NCBI GenBank assembly: GCA_964016885.1 | Contig: OZ024740.1 | Span: 431,706,001-431,770,000 of the forward strand | Reading direction: 5' to 3' | Length of the DNA stretch: 64,000 bases | Origin: Eledone cirrhosa | Lineage: Eukaryota | Part shown: one piece after another, positions 56,101 through 64,000 of the stretch | Position numbering within the stretch: position 1 is the stretch's first letter | Layout of the letters: each line of letters starts with the position of its first letter | Program-made: the position numbers and the translations under genes | The notes under the pieces: generated by a model | The model's input: the letters and a program-made list of their open reading frames with translations, nothing else | Told to the model about the DNA's origin: nothing | Databases searched by the model: none

Positions 56101-59100
56101 CAAAGTGTTCCAATGACCACGGTCAGTTGTATCTATCAATACATCCCATGTCTTGAGACACATGAGGCAGCCAAAGTGTTCCAATGACCATGGTCAGTTA
56201 CATCTATCAATACATCCCATGTCTTGAGACACGTGAGGCAGCCAAAGTATTCCAATGACCACGGTCAGTTACATCTATCAATACATCCCATGTCTTGAGA
56301 CACGTGAGGCAGCCAAAGTATTCCAATGACCACGGTCAGTTACATCTATCAATACATCCCATGTCTTGAGACACGTGAGGCAGCCAAAGTATTCCAATGA
56401 CCACGGTCAGTTACATCTATCAATACATCCCATGTCTTGAGACACGTGAGGCAGCCAAAGTATTCCAATGACCACGGTCAGTTACATCTATCAATACATC
56501 CCATATCTTGAGACACATGAGACAGCCAAAGTGTTCCAATGACCATGGTCAGTTACATCTATAAATACATCCCATGTCTTGAGACACATGAGACAGCCAA
56601 AGTGTTCCAATGACCATGGTCAGTTACATCTATCAATACATGCCATGTCTTGAGACACATGAGGCAGCCAAAGTGTTCCAATGACCATGGTCAGTTACAT
56701 CTATCAATACATCCCATGCCTTGAGACACATGAGGCAGCCAAAGTGTTCCAATGACCACGGTCAGTTACATCTATCAATACATCCCATGTCTTGAGACAC
56801 ATGAGACAGCCAAAGTGTTCCAATGACCATGGTCAGTTACATCTGTCAATACATCCCATCCCTTGAGATACATGAGGCAGCCAAAGTGTTCCAATGACCA
56901 TGGTCAGTTACATCTATCAATACATCCCATGTCTTGAGACACATGAGGCAGCCAAAGTGTTCCAATGACCACGGTCAGTTACATCTATCAATACATCCCA
57001 TGTCTTGAGACACATGAGGCAGCCAAAGTGTTCCAATGACCATGGTCAGTTACATCTATCAATACATCCCATGTCTTGAGACACATGAGGCAGCCAAAGT
57101 GTTCCAATGGCCATGGTCAGTTACATCTATCAATACATCCCATGTCTTGAGACACATGATGCAGCCAAGGTGTTCCAATGACCATGGTCAGTTACATCTA
57201 TCAATACATCCCATGTCTTGAGACACATGAGACAGCCAAACTGTTCCAATGACCACGGTCAGTTACATCTATCAATACATCCCATGTCTTGAGACACATG
57301 AGACAACCAAAGTGTTCCAATGACCATGGTCAGTTACATCTATCAATACATCCCATGTCTTGAGACACATGAGACAACCAAAGTGTTCTAATGACCACGG
57401 TCAGTTACATCTATCAATACATCCCATGTCTTGAGACACGTGAGGCAGCCAAAGTATTCCAATGACCACGGTCAGTTACATCTATCAATACATCCCATGT
57501 CTTGAGACACGTGAGGCAGCCAAAGTATTCCAATGACCACGGTCAGTTACATCTATCAATACATCCCATGTCTTGAGACACGTGAGGCAGCCAAAGTATT
57601 CCAATGACCACGGTCAGTTACATCTATCAATACATCCATGTCTTGAGACACATGAGGCAGCCAAAGTGTTCCAATGACCATGGTCAGTTACATCTATCAA
57701 TACATCCCATGTCTTGAGACACATGAGGCAGCAAAAGTGTTCCAATGACCACGGTCAGTTACATCTATCAATACATGCCATGTCTTGAGACACATGAGAC
57801 AACCAAACTGTTCCAATGGCCACGGTCAGTTACATCTATCAATACATCCCATGTCTTGAGACACATGAGACAACCAAAGTGTTCCAATGACCATGGTCAG
57901 TTACATCTATCAATACATCCCATGTCTTGAGACACGTGAGGCAGCCAAAGTATTCCAATGACCACGGTCAGTTACATCTATCAATACATCCCATGTCTTG
58001 AGACACATGAGACAACCAAAGTGTTCCAATGACCACGGTCAGTTGTATCTATCAATACATCCCATGTCTTGAGACACATGAGGCAGCCAAAGTGTTCCAA
58101 TGACCATGGTCAGTTACATCTATCAATACATCCCATGTCTTGAGACACGTGAGGCAGCCAAAGTATTCCAATGACCACGGTCAGTTACATCTATCAATAC
58201 ATCCCATGTCTTGAGACACGTGAGGCAGCCAAAGTATTCCAATGACCACGGTCAGTTACATCTATCAATACATCCCATGTCTTGAGACACGTGAGGCAGC
58301 CAAAGTATTCCAATGACCACGGTCAGTTACATCTATCAATACATCCCATGTCTTGAGACACGTGAGGCAGCCAAAGTATTCCAATGACCACGGTCAGTTA
58401 CATCTATCAATACATCCCATATCTTGAGACACATGAGACAGCCAAAGTGTTCCAATGACCATGGTCAGTTACATCTATAAATACATCCCATGTCTTGAGA
58501 CACATGAGACAGCCAAAGTGTTCCAATGACCATGGTCAGTTACATCTATCAATACATGCCATGTCTTGAGACACATGAGGCAGCCAAAGTGTTCCAATGA
58601 CCATGGTCAGTTACATCTATCAATACATCCCATGCCTTGAGACACATGAGGCAGCCAAAGTGTTCCAATGACCACGGTCAGTTACATCTATCAATACATC
58701 CCATGTCTTGAGACACATGAGACAACCAAAGTGTTCCAATGACCATGGTCAGTTACATCTATCAATACATCCCATGCCTTGAGACACATGAGACAACCAA
58801 AGTGTTCCAATGACCACGGTCAGTTACATCTATCAATACATCCCATGTCTTGAGACACATGAGACAACCAAAGTGTTCCAATGACCATGGTCAGTTACAT
58901 CTATCAATACATCCCATGTCTTGAGACACATGAGGCAGCCAAAGTGTTCCAATGGCCATGGTCAGTTACATCTATCAATACATCCCATGTCTTGAGACAC
59001 ATGAGACAGCCAAAGTGTTCCAATGACCATGGTCAGTTACATCTGTCAATACATCCCATCCCTTGAGATACATGAGGCAGCCAAAGTGTTCCAATGACCA

Positions 59101-62100
59101 TGGTCAGTTACATCTATCAATACATCCCATGTCTTGAGACACATGAGGCAGCCAAAGTGTTCCAATGACCACGGTCAGTTACATCTATCAATACATCCCA
59201 TGTCTTGAGACACATGAGGCAGCCAAAGTGTTCCAATGACCATGGTCAGTTACATCTATCAATACATCCCATGTCTTGAGACACATGAGGCAGCCAAAGT
59301 GTTCCAATGGCCATGGTCAGTTACATCTATCAATACATCCCATGTCTTGAGACACATGATGCAGCCAAGGTGTTCCAATGACCATGGTCAGTTACATCTA
59401 TCAATACATCCCATGTCTTGAGACACATGAGACAGCCAAACTGTTCCAATGACCACGGTCAGTTACATCTATCAATACATCCCATGTCTTGAGACACATG
59501 AGACAACCAAAGTGTTCCAATGACCATGGTCAGTTACATCTATCAATACATCCCATGTCATGAGACACATGAGACAACCAAAGTGTTCTAATGACCACGG
59601 TCAGTTACATCTATCAATACATCCCATGTCTTGAGACACGTGAGGCAGCCAAAGTATTCCAATGACCACGGTCAGTTACATCTATCAATACATCCCATGT
59701 CTTGAGACACGTGAGGCAGCCAAAGTATTCCAATGACCACGGTCAGTTACATCTATCAATACATCCCATGTCTTGAGACACGTGAGGCAGCCAAAGTATT
59801 CCAATGACCACGGTCAGTTACATCTATCAATACATCCCATGTCTTGAGACACATGAGGCAGCCAAAGTGTTCCAATGACCATGGTCAGTTACATCTATCA
59901 ATACATCCCATGTCTTGAGACACATGAGGCAGCAAAAGTGTTCCAATGACCACGGTCAGTTACATCTATCAATACATGCCATGTCTTGAGACACATGAGA
60001 CAACCAAACTGTTCCAATGGCCACGGTCAGTTACATCTATCAATACATCCCATGTCTTGAGACACATGAGACAACCAAAGTGTTCCAATGACCACGGTCA
60101 GTTACATCTATCAATACATCCCATGTCTTGAGACACATGAGACAACCAAAGTGTTCCAATGACCACGGTCAGTTACATCTATCAATACATCCCATGTCTT
60201 GAGACACATGAGACAACCAAACTGTTCCAATGGCCACGGTCAGTTACATCTATCAATACATCCCATGTCTCGAGACACATGAGACAACCAAACTGTTCCA
60301 ATGACCACGGTCAGTTACATCTATCAATACATCCCATGTCTTGAGACACATGAGACAACCAAACTGTTCCAATGACCATGGTCAGTTACATCTATCAATA
60401 CATCCCATGTCTTGAGACACATGAGACAACCAAACTGTTCCAATGACCACGGTCAGTTACATCTATCAATACATGCCATGTCTTGAGACACATGAGACAA
60501 CCAAAGTGTTCCAATGACCACGGTCAGTTGTATCTATCAATACATCCCATGTCTTGAGACACATGAGGCAGCCAAAGTGTTCCAATGACCACGGTCAGTT
60601 ACATCTATCAATACATCCCATGCCTTGAGACACATGAGACAACCAAAGTGTTCCAATGACCACGGTCAGTTGTATCTATCAATACATCCCATACCTTGAG
60701 ATACATGAGGCAGCCAAAGTGTTCCAATGACCACGGTCAGTTACATCTATCAATACATCCCATGTCTTGAGACACATGAGACAACCAAACTGTTCCAATG
60801 ACCACGGTCAGTTACATCTATCAATACATTCCATGTCTTGAGACACATGAGACAACCAAAGTGTTCCAATGACCATGGTCAGTTACATCTATCAATACAT
60901 GCCATGTCTTGAGACACATGAGACAACCAAAGTGTTCCAATGACCATGGTCAGTTACATCTATCAATACATGCCATGTCTTGAGACACATGAGACAACCA
61001 AAGTGTTCCAATGACCACGGTCAGTTACATCTATCAATACATCCCATGCCTTGAGATACATGAGGCAGCCAAAGTGTTCCAATGACCACGGTCAGTTACA
61101 TCTATCAATACATTCCATGTCTTGAGACACATGAGGCAGCCAAAGTGTTCCAATGACCACGGTCAGTTACATCTATCAATACATCCCATGCCTTGAGATA
61201 CATGAGGCAGCCAAAGTGTTCCAATGACCATGGTCAGTTACATCTATCAATACATCCCATGTCTTGAGACACATGAGACAACCAAAGTGTTCCAATGACC
61301 ACGGTCAGTTACATCTATCAATACATGCCATGTCTTGAGACACATGAGGCAGCCAAAGTGTTCCAATGACCATGGTCAGTTACATCTATCAATACATGCC
61401 ATGTCTTGAGACACATGAGACAACCAAAGTGTTCCAATGACCATGGTCAGTTACATCTATCAATACATGCCATGTCTTGAGACACATGAGACAACCAAAG
61501 TGTTCCAATGACCATGGTCAGTTACATCTATCAATACATGCCATGTCTTGAGACACATGAGACAACCAAAGTGTTCCAATGACCACGGTCAGTTACATCT
61601 ATCAATACATCCCATGTCTTGAGACACATGAGGCAGCCAAAGTGTTCCAATGACCACAGTCAGTTACATCTATTAATACATCCCATGTCTTGAAACACAT
61701 GAGACAACCAAAGTGCTCCAATGACCACGGTCAGTTACATCTGTCAATACATCCCATCCCTTGAAACACATGAGGCAGCCAAAGTGTTCCAATGACCACG
61801 GTCAGTTACATCTATCAATACATCCCATGTCTTGAGACACATGAGGCAGCCAAAGTGTTCCAATGACCACGGTCAGTTACATCCATCAATATATCCCATG
61901 TCTTGAGACACATGATGCAGCCAAAGTGTTCCACTGACCATGGTCAGTTACATCTATCAATACATCCCATGTCTTGAGACACATGAGGCAACCAAAGTGT
62001 TCCAATGACCATGGTCAGTTGTATCTATCAATACATCCCATGTCTTGAGACACATGAGGCAGCCAAAGTGTTCCAATGACCATGGTCAGTTACATCTATC

Positions 62101-64000
62101 AATACATCCCATGTCTTGAGACACATGGGGCAGCGAAAGTCTTCAAATGACCACGGTCAGTTACATCTATCAATACATCCCATGTCTTGAGACACATGAG
62201 ACAACCAAAGTGTTCCAATGACCATGGTCAGTTACATCTATCAATACATCCCATGTCTTGAGACACATGAGGCAGCCAAAGTGTTCCAATGACCACGGTC
62301 AGTTACATCTATCAATACATCCCATGTCTTGAGACACAAGAGGCAGCCAAAGTGTTCCAATCACCATGGTCAGTTCGATCTATCAATACATCCCATGTCT
62401 TGAGACACATGACGCAGCCAAAGTGTTCCAATGACCACGGTCAGTTACATCTATCAATACATCCCATGTCTTGAGACACATGAGGCAGCCAAAGTGTTCC
62501 AATCACCACAGTCAGTTACATCTATCAATACATCCCATGTCTTGAGACACATGAGGCAGCCAAAGTGTTCCAATGACCACGGTCAGTTACATCTATCAAT
62601 ACATCCCATGTCTTGAGACACAAGAGGCAGCCAAAGTGTTCCAATCACCATGGTCAGTTCGATCTATCAATACATCCCATGTCTTGAGACACATGACGCA
62701 GCCAAAGTGTTCCAATGACCACGGTCAGTTACATCTATCAATACATCCCATGTCTTGAGACACATGAGACAACCAAAGTGTTCCAATGACCATGGTCAGT
62801 TACATCTATCAATACATGCCATGTCTTGAGACACATGAGACAACCAAAGTGTTCCAATGACCATGGTCAGTTACATCTATCAATACATCCCATGTCTTGA
62901 GACACATGAGACAACCAAAGGGCTCCAATGACCATGGTCAGTTACATCTGTCAATACATCCCATCCCTTGAGATACATGAGGCAGCCAAAGTGTTCCAAT
63001 GACCATGGTCAGTTACATCTATCAATACATCCCATGTCTTGAGTCACATGAGGCAGCCAAAGTGTTCCAATGACCATGGTCAGTTACATCTATCAATACA
63101 TCCCATGTCTTGAGACACATGAGGCAGCCAAAGTGTTCCAATGACCATGGTCAGTTACATCTATCAATACATCCCATGTCTTGAGACACATGAGACAGCC
63201 AAACTGTTCCAATGACCACGGTCAGTTACATCTATCAATACATCCCATGTCTTGAGACACATGAGACAACCAAAGTGTTCCAATGACCATGGTCAGTTAC
63301 ATCTATCAATACATGCCATGTCTTGAGACACATGAGACAACCAAAGTGTTCCAATGACCACGGTCAGTTACATCTATCAATACATCCCATGTCTTGAGAC
63401 ACATGAGGCAGCCAAAGTGTTCCAATGACCACGGTCAGTTACATCTATCAATACATCCCATGTCTTGAGACACATGAGACAACCAAAGTGTTCCAATGAC
63501 CACGGTCAGTTACATCTATCAATACATGCCATGTCTTGAGACACATGAGGCAGCCAAAGTGTTCCAATGACCATGGTCAGTTACATCTATCAATACATCC
63601 CATGTCTTGAGACACATGAGACAACCAAAGTGTTCCAATGACCACGGTCAGTTACATCTATCAATACATCCCATGTCTTGAGACACATGAGGCAGCCAAA
63701 GTGTTCCAATGACCACGGTCAGTTACATCTATCAATACATCCCATGTCTTGAGACACATGAGACAACCAAAGTGTTCCAATGACCATGGTCAGTTACATC
63801 TATCAATACATCCCATGTCTTGAGACACATGAGACAACCAACGTGTTCCAATGACCACGGTCAGTTACATCTATCAATACATCCCATGTCTTGAGACACA
63901 TGAGGCAGCCAAAGTGTTCCAATGACCACGGTCAGTTACATCTATCAATACATCCCATGTCTTGAGACACATGAGACAACCAAAGTGTTCCAATGACCAT
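17116..64000. repeat. 71-bp tandem satellite array, right segment (~660 monomers; continues beyond window end)
   Basis: Same monomer and orientation as the left segment. It resumes in register at GTTACATCTATC right after the insertion, and no other non-satellite sequence was seen. Confidence 0.99.

Noticed and set aside
57631-57640. Single 70-bp monomer (CCC to CC)
   Set aside because: An isolated homopolymer deletion that could be a sequencing or consensus error.
797-62758. Dozens of 61-131 aa ORFs (MEHFGCLMC..., MTTVSYIYQ...)
   Set aside because: They are translations of the satellite. 71 is not a multiple of 3, and ORFs appear only where a TGA-to-TGG/TCA variant or a 2-bp deletion removes a stop. 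There is no coding evidence.
1-64000. CRISPR array
   Set aside because: The whole 71-bp unit is repeated. There are no unique spacers, leader or cas genes.

Overview
This window is eukaryotic-type satellite DNA, not a gene-containing region. About 97% is a head-to-tail tandem array of a 71-bp monomer (consensus GGTCAGTTACATCTATCAATACATCCCATGTCTTGAGACACATGAGRCARCCAAAGTGTTCCAATGACCAY, roughly 870 copies). The array is organised into nested multi-monomer duplications of about 0.4, 1.1, 1.6, 2.2, 3.0, 3.5-3.8, 6.9 and 11-13 kb. It is interrupted once, at 15089-17115, by a 2027-bp non-autonomous LTR retrotransposon on the minus strand. The element has two 366-bp LTRs that look identical by eye, a GTTA target-site duplication, a tRNA-Trp primer-binding site, a PPT-like tract and no intact gag/pol. 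Its most unusual feature is the PBS region: complementarity to mature tRNA-Trp runs about 32 nt (tRNA positions ~45-76) with a single mismatch exactly at A58 (the m1A site), and it is followed by a degenerate second copy of the LTR-end/PBS junction. All short ORFs in the satellite are artefacts of the repeat. The host cannot be identified from this sequence; an animal genome is plausible. All comparisons were made by eye.
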